The notes under the pieces were generated by a model, which was not told the DNA's origin, did no database searches, and worked only from the letters and a program-made list of their open reading frames with translations. Below, piece after piece: positions 17,944-27,441 of a stretch of DNA of 64,000 nucleotides; position 1 is the stretch's first letter; the number at the start of each line of letters is the position of its first letter. The position numbers and the translations under genes are program-made. Source of the DNA: Clostridia bacterium (GTDB taxonomy: Bacteria > Bacillota > Clostridia > Oscillospirales > CAG-272); contig JAFVUB010000003.1 of NCBI GenBank assembly GCA_017502915.1, forward strand, positions 118,506 to 182,505, written 5' to 3'.

Positions 17944-18011
17944 AATGATTTATATTTACGGCTATATATTGTAGCAAACCCCTTTACAATCGTTGAGTTT
18001 TGTGATATAAT
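17928..18011 (+). promoter_or_regulatory. Tandem NrdR boxes and nrdR promoter
   Basis: CAACAATATCTTGTGA 17928 and CGGCTATATATTGTAG 17959 (31 bp apart); TTTACA-17 bp-TATAAT at 17983-18011. Confidence 0.7.
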
Positions 18012-18045
18012 GCTGTCAGTAGATATGGAAGGAGTTTCTCAACTC

Positions 18046-18513
18046 ATGAAGTGCCCATTTTGTAATTCCCCTGACAGTAAAGTAATAGATTCTCGCCCGG
18101 TTTCCGAAGGATCGAGCATTCGCCGTCGCCGCGAGTGTCTTGAATGTCAAAAGCGTTTTACGACCTTTGAAATGCTTGAATCAATGCAAATAATGGTTGT
18201 AAAAAAGGACGGATCAAAGGAGCTTTTTGACAAGCAAAAGCTGCTTTCCGGTCTTCTCAAGGCTTGCCAGAAGCGCCCCATAAATCCCGAACAGATCGCA
18301 GATGAGGTTGAATCCGAGTTGCTCAACAGTCTGGTTGGAGAGGTCACCACCTCGCACATCGGTGAGATGGCAATGGAAAAGCTCAAGCAGCGTGACGACG
18401 TTGCCTACGTGCGCTTTGCATCGGTATACCGTGAGTTCAAGGACGTAAACACCTTCCTTGACGAGCTGAAGAGTCTGCGCAAAAAATCCCCGTCAAAGAA
18501 AAAGAACAAATAG
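18046..18513 (+). CDS. nrdR: Transcriptional repressor NrdR
   Basis: MKCPFC...SKVIDSR...RRRRECLEC; ATP-cone; AYVRFASVY. Confidence 0.97.
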   Translation: MKCPFCNSPDSKVIDSRPVSEGSSIRRRRECLECQKRFTTFEMLESMQIMVVKKDGSKELFDKQKLLSGLLKACQKRPINPEQIADEVESELLNSLVGEVTTSHIGEMAMEKLKQRDDVAYVRFASVYREFKDVNTFLDELKSLRKKSPSKKKNK

Positions 18514-18558
18514 GATCATAAAAGGACATCACCTGAGTGATGTCCTTTTATTTTTATA

Positions 18559-19563
18559 CTACCGTTCTTCTCGGAAATACGAAAGTCCGAGTGAGGCAGG
18601 CGGCTGATGCTCGCGCTTCTTTCTCGCGCTGACGAACACCAGAACGATTATCGTTACGATGTAGGGGAGCATCTTGATGATCTCCTTCTCGCTTCCGGAA
18701 AGACCCATAATATAGGAGCTCGCAACGTAAAGTCCGCCGAAAATATACGAGCTGAGAATAGCCGTATTAGGTCTCCACAAAGCAAAGATAACAATAGCGA
18801 TAGCCAACCAACCGCGGTCTCCAAAGCCACCGTTGGTCCAACCTCCAACCGAATAGTCCATTACGAAGTAAAGACCGCCAAGACCGGCGATGGCTCCGCC
18901 GATACAGGTTGCAAGATACTTATAAAGATTGACGTTGATTCCTGCAGCATCTGCCGTTGCGGGGTTTTCACCAACAGCACGCAGATTAAGTCCGACTCTC
19001 GTTTTCTTCAGGAAGAAGTGAACAATGACCGCAATTATAACCGCAACGTATACCAAAAAACCAAACGAGAAGAAGGTCTGACCGAAAAGCCCGAGGCTGT
19101 CAGAGAGGAATGGTATTTTTTCCTTGAACGCCTTTGAGGTGGCTTCGAGATAGATCGAGCCGTCCTTGCCGAAAAAGCTCAAGAGTGAGCCGCCGTAGAA
19201 ATCTCCAAGGCCTACGCCAAGCGTTGTCAGCGCAAGTCCGACGACGTTCTGATTTGCCTTAAGGGTTATGGTCAAGAAGCTATAAACCAACGCGATCAGC
19301 GTCGATCCAAGCAGCGATGCAAGCAAAGCAACAATGATGCAAAGGATCGGTATGGGAGTGATCCCCGCCGTTTCACAAGCGTGCTCATACAAAAATCCGC
19401 CGATAATTCCCGAGATACCGCCAATATACATAATGCCGGGTATACCGAGGTTAAGATTTCCGCTTTTTTCGGTCAAGATCTCACCAACAGCACCAAAAAG
19501 CAACGGCGTTCCATTGATGATAGCAGTGGCAACAAAGCCCATGAGGTATTCAAGCGTGAACAT
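18559..19563 (-). CDS. Nucleoside ABC transporter permease
   Basis: EKSGNLNLG; LRAVGENPATADAAGINV. Confidence 0.9.
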   Translation of the reverse strand: MFTLEYLMGFVATAIINGTPLLFGAVGEILTEKSGNLNLGIPGIMYIGGISGIIGGFLYEHACETAGITPIPILCIIVALLASLLGSTLIALVYSFLTITLKANQNVVGLALTTLGVGLGDFYGGSLLSFFGKDGSIYLEATSKAFKEKIPFLSDSLGLFGQTFFSFGFLVYVAVIIAVIVHFFLKKTRVGLNLRAVGENPATADAAGINVNLYKYLATCIGGAIAGLGGLYFVMDYSVGGWTNGGFGDRGWLAIAIVIFALWRPNTAILSSYIFGGLYVASSYIMGLSGSEKEIIKMLPYIVTIIVLVFVSARKKREHQPPASLGLSYFREER

Positions 19564-20701
19564 TCTTTTCTACCTCCTTGTCTGCCTTTTCCGTTCTGCG
19601 GCGGAAATGAACGTCATAGCTGACGAAGAACTCACTTGCTACAACGAAAAGTATCATAATACCTGTCAAAACGTCTCCGATGTTTGAAGCTCCGGGCATT
19701 TCCGTTCCCAGGTCAGAAGCGATCTGTCCGGCTCCGCGCTGCAAGAAGCAGACGAGAAGCGACGAAAATACCATTATTATCGGATTGAACTTAGACATCC
19801 ACGAGACCATGATCGCAGTAAATCCGTTTCCTCCAACCAGCGTGGTGGATACCGTATGGCTGTTTCCCGAAACGAGCAGCCAACCCATAACTCCGCACAG
19901 AGCGCCGGAGATAAGAACCGTTCTGATTACTACCTTCTTTACGTTTATTCCGATATATCTCGCCGTGTTCTCGCTCTCTCCAACGACCGATATCTCGTAT
20001 CCCTGCTTACTGCGCTTGAGATAAACGTAAACCAAAGCCGTGATAACAGCAACGATAAGAATAATGATCAGCTGCTTCCTTCCAAAAAGCGTGGGAAGCC
20101 AACCGTTCTTAGTGTCCGAGTTAAGCGGATTCAGATATCCGTGGCTGGGGTCCCAGAACAGGAGGAAGAAGCTAACGAGCTGCATTGCAACGTAGTTCAT
20201 CATAAGGGTGAAGAGCGTTTCGTTAGTGTTCCAGATCGCCTTAAAAAATCCGGGAATACCCGCCCAAAGCGCACCCGCAACCGTACTTGCGACAAGCATT
20301 ATGATTATCGTCACAAACGACGGCATCGAATCCTTAAGATAGAACATACACGCAACGCTGGCAAGCATTCCGATAAGAACCTGTCCTTCAGCGCCAGTAT
20401 TCCAGAATCTCATCTTAAACGCCGGAGTGACGGCAACCGAAATACCCAACAGTATCGCCGCTGCCTGGAGCAAATTCCAAAGCTTTCCGGGAGTTCCGAA
20501 GCTACCGTTTATGATCGATCCGAAAACGTTGATCGGGTTAACACCGGTGAGCAGCATCGTTATAATTGCACAACACAGTATTCCGCCCAAAATAACTGCG
20601 GCTCTGATCAGAAGTGATTTTTTGAGAGAAAGATCCGAGCGCTTCGTTATGTATATAAGCGGCTCACGCTTTGTGCGAGGCTTTTTTTCAGCGTTATTCA
20701 T
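19550..20701 (-). CDS. Nucleoside ABC transporter permease
   Basis: WNTGAEGQ; VGESENTARYIGINV. Confidence 0.9.
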   Translation of the reverse strand: MNNAEKKPRTKREPLIYITKRSDLSLKKSLLIRAAVILGGILCCAIITMLLTGVNPINVFGSIINGSFGTPGKLWNLLQAAAILLGISVAVTPAFKMRFWNTGAEGQVLIGMLASVACMFYLKDSMPSFVTIIIMLVASTVAGALWAGIPGFFKAIWNTNETLFTLMMNYVAMQLVSFFLLFWDPSHGYLNPLNSDTKNGWLPTLFGRKQLIIILIVAVITALVYVYLKRSKQGYEISVVGESENTARYIGINVKKVVIRTVLISGALCGVMGWLLVSGNSHTVSTTLVGGNGFTAIMVSWMSKFNPIIMVFSSLLVCFLQRGAGQIASDLGTEMPGASNIGDVLTGIMILFVVASEFFVSYDVHFRRRTEKADKEVEKNVHA

Positions 20702-22235
20702 CGCTCGCTCTCCTTCCCTTTTTAGTGTTGGTCATAAGATATCCTATCTCGTTTTTCGTGGTGCTTCTCGCGTCTATAACGTCGCTGACGCAGCCGCCGC
20801 CGATGACGAGGATCTTATCGCAAAGATCTATCAGAACATCAAGATCCTCTCCGACGAAGATGACCGCAACGCCCTTCTTTTTCTGCTCATTGAGCAGGTC
20901 GTAGATAAGATACGACGAGTTTATATCAAGTCCGCGAACGGGATATGCCGCCATAAGAAGAGTTGGTGACGACGAGATCTCGCGTCCGAGCAGAACCTTC
21001 TGGACGTTTCCTCCCGAAAGACGTCTGACCGGAGTCTCGGCGCTGGGCGTCACGACCTCAAGCTCCTGTATTATACGGTTTGCAAGCTCCGTCGGTCCTT
21101 TTCTTTCAAGGAATATGGATTTTCCGCGACGGTAGCTACGGAGCATCATATTGTCAACAACGCCCATATTTCCGACAAGACCCATTCCGAGTCTATCCTC
21201 GGGAACAAAGGAAAGTCTGACGCCGAGCTCCCTGATCTGAAGCGGAGATTTGTCTCTCAGCTCCTCCTCAGCACCTGTCTTGGGATTGTTGTATATTATG
21301 CTTCCGCTGTCCAGCTTCTGAAGTCCTGCAATGGCCTCGAGCAGCTCTCGCTGGCCGCTTCCCGCGATTCCGGCGATTCCGAGTATCTCTCCGGCATTGA
21401 CAGAGAAGCTTACGTTATCAAGAAGCTTAACTCCGTCTCGATTCTTGCAGTCAATATTCATAACACGAAGTCTCTCGGTGGGGTTGACGGGTTCGGGACG
21501 GTTGATATTAAGCTCAACCTTTTTACCCACCATCATTTCGGTCAGGCTCTCCTCGGTTGCTTCTGCCGTATTGACAGTTCCGATATACTCTCCGCGACGA
21601 AGAACTGCGACCTTATCCGAAAGCTCCAAAACCTCGTGCAACTTATGGGTTATGATAATGATAGCCTTTCCGTCGGCTCTCATACGGCGCAGAATATCAA
21701 AAAGCTTCTGCGTTTCCTGGGGAGTCAATACGGCGGTCGGCTCGTCGAGTATCAGAATATCAGCTCCGCGATAAAGCACCTTAATGATCTCAACCGTCTG
21801 CTTTTCGGATACCGACATATCGTATATCTTCTTTTTGGGATCAATATTAAATCCGTATTTATTGCTGATCTCGAGAACCTGCTTTTCAATCTCGTCAAGC
21901 TTGAAGCGACCCTCGCCATCAAGTCCCAAAACGACGTTCTCTGCGGCGCTGAAAAGATCCACCAGCTTGAAATGCTGATGTATCATTCCGATCTTATATT
22001 CAAAAGCATCGTGAGGTGAGTTTATGACTACCTCCTTGCCGTTGACCAAAATATGACCTTGATCGGGATGGTAAATACCCGAGATCATATTCATAAGCGT
22101 TGTTTTTCCGCTTCCGTTCTCGCCGAGCAGTGAAAGGATTTCTCCCTTGTAGACCTTGAGGTTAACGTTTGAGTTGGCAACAACCGACCCAAAGCACTTC
22201 GTTATTCCTCTCAGCTCAATCGCTACATTATTCAT
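20694..22235 (-). CDS. Nucleoside ABC transporter ATP-binding protein (two ABC domains)
   Basis: GENGSGKT, ILDEPT, LSGGNVQK. Confidence 0.93.
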   Translation of the reverse strand: MNNVAIELRGITKCFGSVVANSNVNLKVYKGEILSLLGENGSGKTTLMNMISGIYHPDQGHILVNGKEVVINSPHDAFEYKIGMIHQHFKLVDLFSAAENVVLGLDGEGRFKLDEIEKQVLEISNKYGFNIDPKKKIYDMSVSEKQTVEIIKVLYRGADILILDEPTAVLTPQETQKLFDILRRMRADGKAIIIITHKLHEVLELSDKVAVLRRGEYIGTVNTAEATEESLTEMMVGKKVELNINRPEPVNPTERLRVMNIDCKNRDGVKLLDNVSFSVNAGEILGIAGIAGSGQRELLEAIAGLQKLDSGSIIYNNPKTGAEEELRDKSPLQIRELGVRLSFVPEDRLGMGLVGNMGVVDNMMLRSYRRGKSIFLERKGPTELANRIIQELEVVTPSAETPVRRLSGGNVQKVLLGREISSSPTLLMAAYPVRGLDINSSYLIYDLLNEQKKKGVAVIFVGEDLDVLIDLCDKILVIGGGCVSDVIDARSTTKNEIGYLMTNTKKGRRASDE

Positions 22236-22379
22236 ATCCGCATATTACCTTTCATAAGCGAATTTTTTATAAGAAAGCAAAGCCCCTTTGCTCTCTTATA
22301 AAAGATCCGCAAAAACAACAAAAACCCGACGGGATGCCGCTTACGCGGCATCCCTTAGGGCTATCAAAATTTATCGTTC

Positions 22380-23591
22380 TTAGTTAGCGGCAGGAACGGT
22401 AATGCCGTCGATGATGATATCGAAGTAAGGAGCCGAACGCTTGTCCGAAGCAGACTCATCAAAGTAACCGTCGTGGATAACGTTGGTATCCTTGGTGAAG
22501 TTAGCATCGGTGTCAACGTCTGCAAGATACTCGGTCAGAGTCTGACCGCCGACGGTAAACTTCGAGGTGTCAAACACCTTGATCTCACCTGCCTTGAAGG
22601 CAGCGATAGCAGCATCGATAGCTTCCTGAGTTCCCTCTGCAGCAACGGCGGTGTTGAGCTCGGTCAGGGCAACTGCACCCTCGTTGAATCCGCCGCACCA
22701 GTCGTAGGGGATCTCATTGCCCTTACCTGCCATAGTCTTCTCAATGATCATGGTCATATAAGGGACCCAGTTGATCTTCGAGGAGATCAGAGCGGTGTTA
22801 GGAGCGATGCTCGAGGTGTTGATATTGTAAGCAACGTTCGGAACACCTGCAGTTTCACAAGCCTTGGGAGCACCCTCGGAGTCGGCGTGCTGGCTTATCA
22901 GCTTGCAGTTCGCAGCGATAAGGGTCTCGGCAGCGGTCTTCTCGAGAGCGATGTCGAACCAAGAGTTGGTGTACTCAACCTGCATGGTTGCGGTAGGAAC
23001 GATCGAACGAACGCCAAGGAAGAAGGAGGTGTATCCCGAGATAACCTCTGCATAGGGCCAAGCGGCAACATAGCCGATCTTAGCCTCTTCAGCGGTAAAC
23101 TCGCCGGCGTCGATCATTTCCTTCAACTTCATACCGGCAGCGATACCGGCAATGTAACGACCCTCGTAGATCGAAGCGAAAGCATTGTGGAAGTTGGGAA
23201 GCTTCTTGGTGTGAGCCTTAGTTCCGGTTGCATGGCAGAACTGAACCGCAGGATACTCCTCAGCAGCCTGGATTATGAAGTCCTCATGACCGAAAGAATC
23301 GGCGAAGATAAGATCGCAGCCTTCCTCGACAAGCTCGACCGCCGCGTCGTAGCACTCGGGACCTTCGTCGATGTCGACCTTCATGATGACCTGATCCTTG
23401 GTAAGACCAAGAGCAGCTGCGGCAGCGTTTGCGGCATCAATGAAGTTCTTGTCGTAGGTCGAGTTTTCATCGTGCAGGAAGATAAAGCCTACCTTGAAAT
23501 CTTCGTTTCCTCCCGAGCAGGACGTGAATCCGATCATAAGACCGGAGACCATCAGAACTGCGAGAGACAGAGCAAGAATTTTCTTGAACAT
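22380..23591 (-). CDS. BMP-family nucleoside-binding lipoprotein
   Basis: Lipobox FTSC; DSFGH, QHADS. Confidence 0.9.
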   Translation of the reverse strand: MFKKILALSLAVLMVSGLMIGFTSCSGGNEDFKVGFIFLHDENSTYDKNFIDAANAAAAALGLTKDQVIMKVDIDEGPECYDAAVELVEEGCDLIFADSFGHEDFIIQAAEEYPAVQFCHATGTKAHTKKLPNFHNAFASIYEGRYIAGIAAGMKLKEMIDAGEFTAEEAKIGYVAAWPYAEVISGYTSFFLGVRSIVPTATMQVEYTNSWFDIALEKTAAETLIAANCKLISQHADSEGAPKACETAGVPNVAYNINTSSIAPNTALISSKINWVPYMTMIIEKTMAGKGNEIPYDWCGGFNEGAVALTELNTAVAAEGTQEAIDAAIAAFKAGEIKVFDTSKFTVGGQTLTEYLADVDTDANFTKDTNVIHDGYFDESASDKRSAPYFDIIIDGITVPAAN

Positions 23592-23712
23592 TGCTGTTCC
23601 TCCAAAATAAAATATTATTTTCAGAGATTTCTCTCTGATTTACACGAATAAGTGCAGACAAGTACAAAGTCAGGCCGATTTTCAGCACAAAACTCCACTT
23701 TCCACCGTCCAC

Positions 23713-23753
23713 TAACATATGTTCATTATAACAAACATTTTTTAAATTGTCAA
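23713..23753 (-). promoter_or_regulatory. SigA promoter of BMP operon with LexA-like box at the start site
   Basis: TTGACA-17 bp-TATAAT with extended TG, directly followed by GAACATATGTTA. Confidence 0.65.
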
Positions 23754-23809
23754 CGACAATTTTATTTATTGTCACAATTTTGTGCTTCAAGGCGATATGT
23801 GGCGAAGTC

Positions 23810-26113
23810 TTACCGTCCGTACCAAAGTCGTATGCGTTTATACTCGCTGCCCACCGTCGTGTCGCTTGGAAACGCTTGGTCAGGCGAGGCAAGCGCGAGC
23901 AGCTCCTCATCGGCAAAGACCACCGTTTTCGTGCGAGGCGACAGCCCGATCACGTACTCCGCTTTTGGATTGGGCCCGTGCGTTCCCAATATCATCGCGT
24001 CGAAATCGCCCGAAAGCTCGCGGTCCTCAAGATATGACGACCCGACGTAAACGGCTCGACTCATACCGTACTCTATCCCAAGCGACAGCTGCGGTTGACT
24101 TGATCTGTCTATATGCCCGACCTCGTTGAGCATCAGCTTACCGGTTTCAAACACTGTCAAGTCGTCACACGGCAAATATATCTCAACACAAACGCCGTGC
24201 GCTTCGGCTATTTTCAAAAGCTCGCTCACAATATAGAATTCCTGCTCGTTAGTTGGCTCGGGCAACCATATCGAGCGAAGCTTTACGGTCGACATAAGAC
24301 GCTCAACCGAGCTTCGGTGTCGGTCGTGATAATGCGTCAGCATAAGCACCTCGATCTCGGTTGCCGCCTCCCGCTCCTTTGCCACGTCAACGGCGCTTAT
24401 ATAGTTTGAATACGAGCCGTCGGTGAAGTCGCAAAGTACTACAGTGCCGTTTTGAGAGATCAAAAGCATTTCTCTTTCGCCCCGACGCAGATAAGAAAGT
24501 GAAAGCTCGTCGGCACCTCCCGCGTTGGTAACGGCAAGGCAGACCGCAAAGGCTATAGCAGCAATAACGGGTGGAACAAGCGCAAAGATTTTACGCTTAA
24601 GCTTTACCGTAACAACTATTGCCATAGAAATAGAAAGCAGCACAACGATGACCGCAGCGAAGTCATGCTCCAACGAAACGGTCACTCCTCTGAGATCGGA
24701 AAGGCGATACGTCAGATCTATCATCGTATTCCCGATCGCGCCCGCGACGGACGACAGAGCATCTCCGACAAACGGAACTCCGCCGAAAGCAAGACCCGCC
24801 AGCGAAATTGTCATAAATGCACTCGTCATAGGCGAGGCGTACAGGTTTGCAAGCGGCGCGACCAAAGACAGCTCACCAAAGCAGAGCCAGCTCAAAAACA
24901 CTATTGAAAGCACCGCCGCAAGCGTCACGGCGAGCGAAGTGGTTATCCATCGCAAAACGGTCTTAAAGAGCGAGACCGAGCGGCGATCCTTCTGCCTTCT
25001 TCTGAATAGCAGCTTGACGTAAGGCAAAGAAACGATGATCCCCAAAGTGGCAAGGAATGACATCCAAAACCCTACGTCGGCGGCAGATGACGGCATCACA
25101 GCCACAATCCCGGCGCAGGTAGCAAAAAGCACCGTTATAGGATCTGAAGGTGACGATGCGATAAAGGATATATATACCACGGTCAGCATAATAGCGGCGC
25201 GAAGCGCCGAGATCTGAAATCCGGTCAACATCAGATATCCGAGCATAACTGCCGGTGTAATACAGCACCTCACAGTTTTAGGAATACGTATCAAGCGCAA
25301 TAAAAGCTCAAAGATCCCCGCGAGCATCGCCATATGGAGTCCGCTGATGGAAAGCAGGTGCGAAAGACCCGCTCGGGAAAAGTCTCGGTATGTCTCGCTT
25401 GAAAGTCCGCTTCGTCTTCCCAGTATCATTGCCGATGCCAGCTTACCCGCTTCGCCACCGATCAGCTTTTCAAGGCGGTAAGTAAGCGTTAGATTAAGCT
25501 CCAGAAAAGCTCCCTCGAAAAGCTCGGTCTTGTCCAAAAGTTGAACGTCGGTCGTTTCACTGTTACTGACCGAAAAAGCCGCGTTTATATTTCCGTCGGC
25601 AAGCAGTGCAAGCCGACCGTCGGCGTCGTACGAAAGCTCAGCGGGCTCAACGCAGCTTGCTGTGAGCAGTAGCACCTCTCCGCGAGAGAGCCCCATAGGG
25701 CTATCAAAGTACAGTATCGAGCGTCCCTGCACTTCCTGTCCGTCAATGCGCTGAAGTTCCACCGTATATTCGGATTCATAAAAGCTTGACCGTCTCTCCT
25801 CGACGACCATCAGCTGAAGCGTGCATTCCTTGCCGATATATTCATCGGCTCGGGTTGCATAAAGACCAAAATACGCCCACGATTCAACCGTTGAAAGCAC
25901 CGCCAAGAAAAGCGCTATTGCCGCCACGGCAAGCTTTATACGTACGTTCCGTCTCTTGCAGAGCGCTATGATCAAAAGGGCGATCAGAGCAAGAGCTGCA
26001 AACGACACCGCTAAAATCTGCTTGACAAATCCCGTAACGCAAAAAGCTATCGCCGACGTTGCAAGGAATAAGGCGCAACAGACCATAAGCGGACGACGGT
26101 AAAATATATTCAT
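23810..26113 (-). CDS. comEC: ComEC/Rec2 DNA uptake channel
   Basis: GLSHLLSISGLH, SALRAAIM; C-terminal MBL-like domain (LTHYHDRH). Confidence 0.9.
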   Translation of the reverse strand: MNIFYRRPLMVCCALFLATSAIAFCVTGFVKQILAVSFAALALIALLIIALCKRRNVRIKLAVAAIALFLAVLSTVESWAYFGLYATRADEYIGKECTLQLMVVEERRSSFYESEYTVELQRIDGQEVQGRSILYFDSPMGLSRGEVLLLTASCVEPAELSYDADGRLALLADGNINAAFSVSNSETTDVQLLDKTELFEGAFLELNLTLTYRLEKLIGGEAGKLASAMILGRRSGLSSETYRDFSRAGLSHLLSISGLHMAMLAGIFELLLRLIRIPKTVRCCITPAVMLGYLMLTGFQISALRAAIMLTVVYISFIASSPSDPITVLFATCAGIVAVMPSSAADVGFWMSFLATLGIIVSLPYVKLLFRRRQKDRRSVSLFKTVLRWITTSLAVTLAAVLSIVFLSWLCFGELSLVAPLANLYASPMTSAFMTISLAGLAFGGVPFVGDALSSVAGAIGNTMIDLTYRLSDLRGVTVSLEHDFAAVIVVLLSISMAIVVTVKLKRKIFALVPPVIAAIAFAVCLAVTNAGGADELSLSYLRRGEREMLLISQNGTVVLCDFTDGSYSNYISAVDVAKEREAATEIEVLMLTHYHDRHRSSVERLMSTVKLRSIWLPEPTNEQEFYIVSELLKIAEAHGVCVEIYLPCDDLTVFETGKLMLNEVGHIDRSSQPQLSLGIEYGMSRAVYVGSSYLEDRELSGDFDAMILGTHGPNPKAEYVIGLSPRTKTVVFADEELLALASPDQAFPSDTTVGSEYKRIRLWYGR

Positions 26114-26201
26114 GCAGTCCGTCCTTTTTTTGCAGAAAAATAGATTTTTTCTTTATTTTATAGCAACTTGAAGATTTTTTCAATATATTTTGCGAATATT
26201 G

Positions 26202-26230
26202 TTGACAAAACCGAAATTATTATATATAAT
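26202..26230 (+). promoter_or_regulatory. SigA promoter of ACP gene
   Basis: TTGACA-17 bp-TATAAT. Confidence 0.75.
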
Positions 26231-26296
26231 ATGTTATGATGCGGTTTAAGCGGCCGTACGAAACACCACGTAAAACATTTTCGGAGGATATATCAA

Positions 26297-26524
26297 ATGT
26301 TTGAACAACTGAAAGAGTTACTCGTTTCCGAGTTACTTATCGACCCCGCCGACATTACCCCCGAGGCCGAGCTGTCTTCGGATCTGGGAATCAGTTCGGT
26401 TGATCTTGCCGATCTCGTTTGCCACTGCGAAGAGAAGTTCAACATCGAGATCGACGATTCCGACATGGGTAGATTCATCACCATCAAGGACGTCGTTGAT
26501 TATCTTGAGTCTCACAGAAGCTAA
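26297..26524 (+). CDS. acpP: Acyl carrier protein
   Basis: 75-aa acidic protein; DLGISSVD phosphopantetheine-site variant; EEKFNIEI. Confidence 0.85.
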   Translation: MFEQLKELLVSELLIDPADITPEAELSSDLGISSVDLADLVCHCEEKFNIEIDDSDMGRFITIKDVVDYLESHRS

Positions 26525-26627
26525 TAATGGCAGAGGGTCGTTTCCAAAAGGAAACGACCTTTTTATTTTTGCATATCCGTCGTATTCGGTATATATAATG
26601 TAGTAATCACACCGAAAAGGATATGCA

Positions 26628-27368
26628 ATGAAGCAAAGCAGACCTCTCGGCGGTTCAACAGCCGCCTATCTTTTTAAGTTCATTTTGTTCTCTCTCATAT
26701 TTGTTTTCATAGGCGGCGCGATCTGCGCTCTTTGGGAATATCTTGGCGAGAGCACGGCAAAGCCCACCGCATCCGACATAAGACCAACCGTGATCCTCGA
26801 CCCCGGTCACGGAGGACCTGACGGCGGCGCGACCGGACTTTGCTCGATCTCCGAAAAGGAGCTGAACCTCTCTGTGGCTCTGACCGTTCGCGATATACTT
26901 ACGGCGGCAGGAGTTGACGTCGTTATGACACGAAGCGAGGATGTCACGCTGAGCGACCCCGACGGAGGCTCGCGCAAAAGCCAAGATCTACGTGCGCGAA
27001 AAAGGATAGCCGAGTCAACACCTAATGCTATTTTTGTCAGCATACATATGAACGCCTTTCCTATTGAGAAATACAGCGGTCTGCAGGTCTATTTTTCGAG
27101 AAACGACCCAAAAAGTCAAGCTATTGCGTCAGCAGTACAGTCCTCGGTCGCCTCCTCCCTTCAACCGGACAACGACCGAAAGATCAAAGCCGCCGGCGAA
27201 AACATTTATCTTCTCCACGAGCTTGACTGCCCCGCCGTTTTAATTGAGTGCGGCTTTCTTTCAAACCGCGCCGAGGCGGAACGGCTAAGCTCGCCCGAAT
27301 ACCGCAAGGCACTGGCGCTCGTTATTGCAAATTCGCTACTTGGAACGATTTATCAAAACGCCTCTTGA
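26628..27368 (+). CDS. cwlD: N-acetylmuramoyl-L-alanine amidase (CwlD-like, spore cortex)
   Basis: DPGHGG, EKELNL, SIHMN, YSGLQVYF, IECGFLSN. Confidence 0.8.
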   Translation: MKQSRPLGGSTAAYLFKFILFSLIFVFIGGAICALWEYLGESTAKPTASDIRPTVILDPGHGGPDGGATGLCSISEKELNLSVALTVRDILTAAGVDVVMTRSEDVTLSDPDGGSRKSQDLRARKRIAESTPNAIFVSIHMNAFPIEKYSGLQVYFSRNDPKSQAIASAVQSSVASSLQPDNDRKIKAAGENIYLLHELDCPAVLIECGFLSNRAEAERLSSPEYRKALALVIANSLLGTIYQNAS

Positions 27369-27441
27369 TTTTCAAAGACTTTCATAGTATAATTTAAGGA
27401 GACAGCCCGTCTCCTTATTTGTTTTTTGAAAGGAAACTCGA

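Noticed and set aside
22473-23651. Long antisense ORFs over bmp (likewise over gpmI, glyQS, pfk, nuoF, recG)
   Set aside because: Same antisense codon-bias artefact over well-supported genes
23600-23712. Purine riboswitch ahead of the nucleoside transporter; MraZ boxes
   Set aside because: The purine aptamer core (ATATGG...TTTCTACC...CCGTAAA) is absent; GTGG repeat spacing is 7 bp rather than the ~10 bp expected, and there is no mraZ
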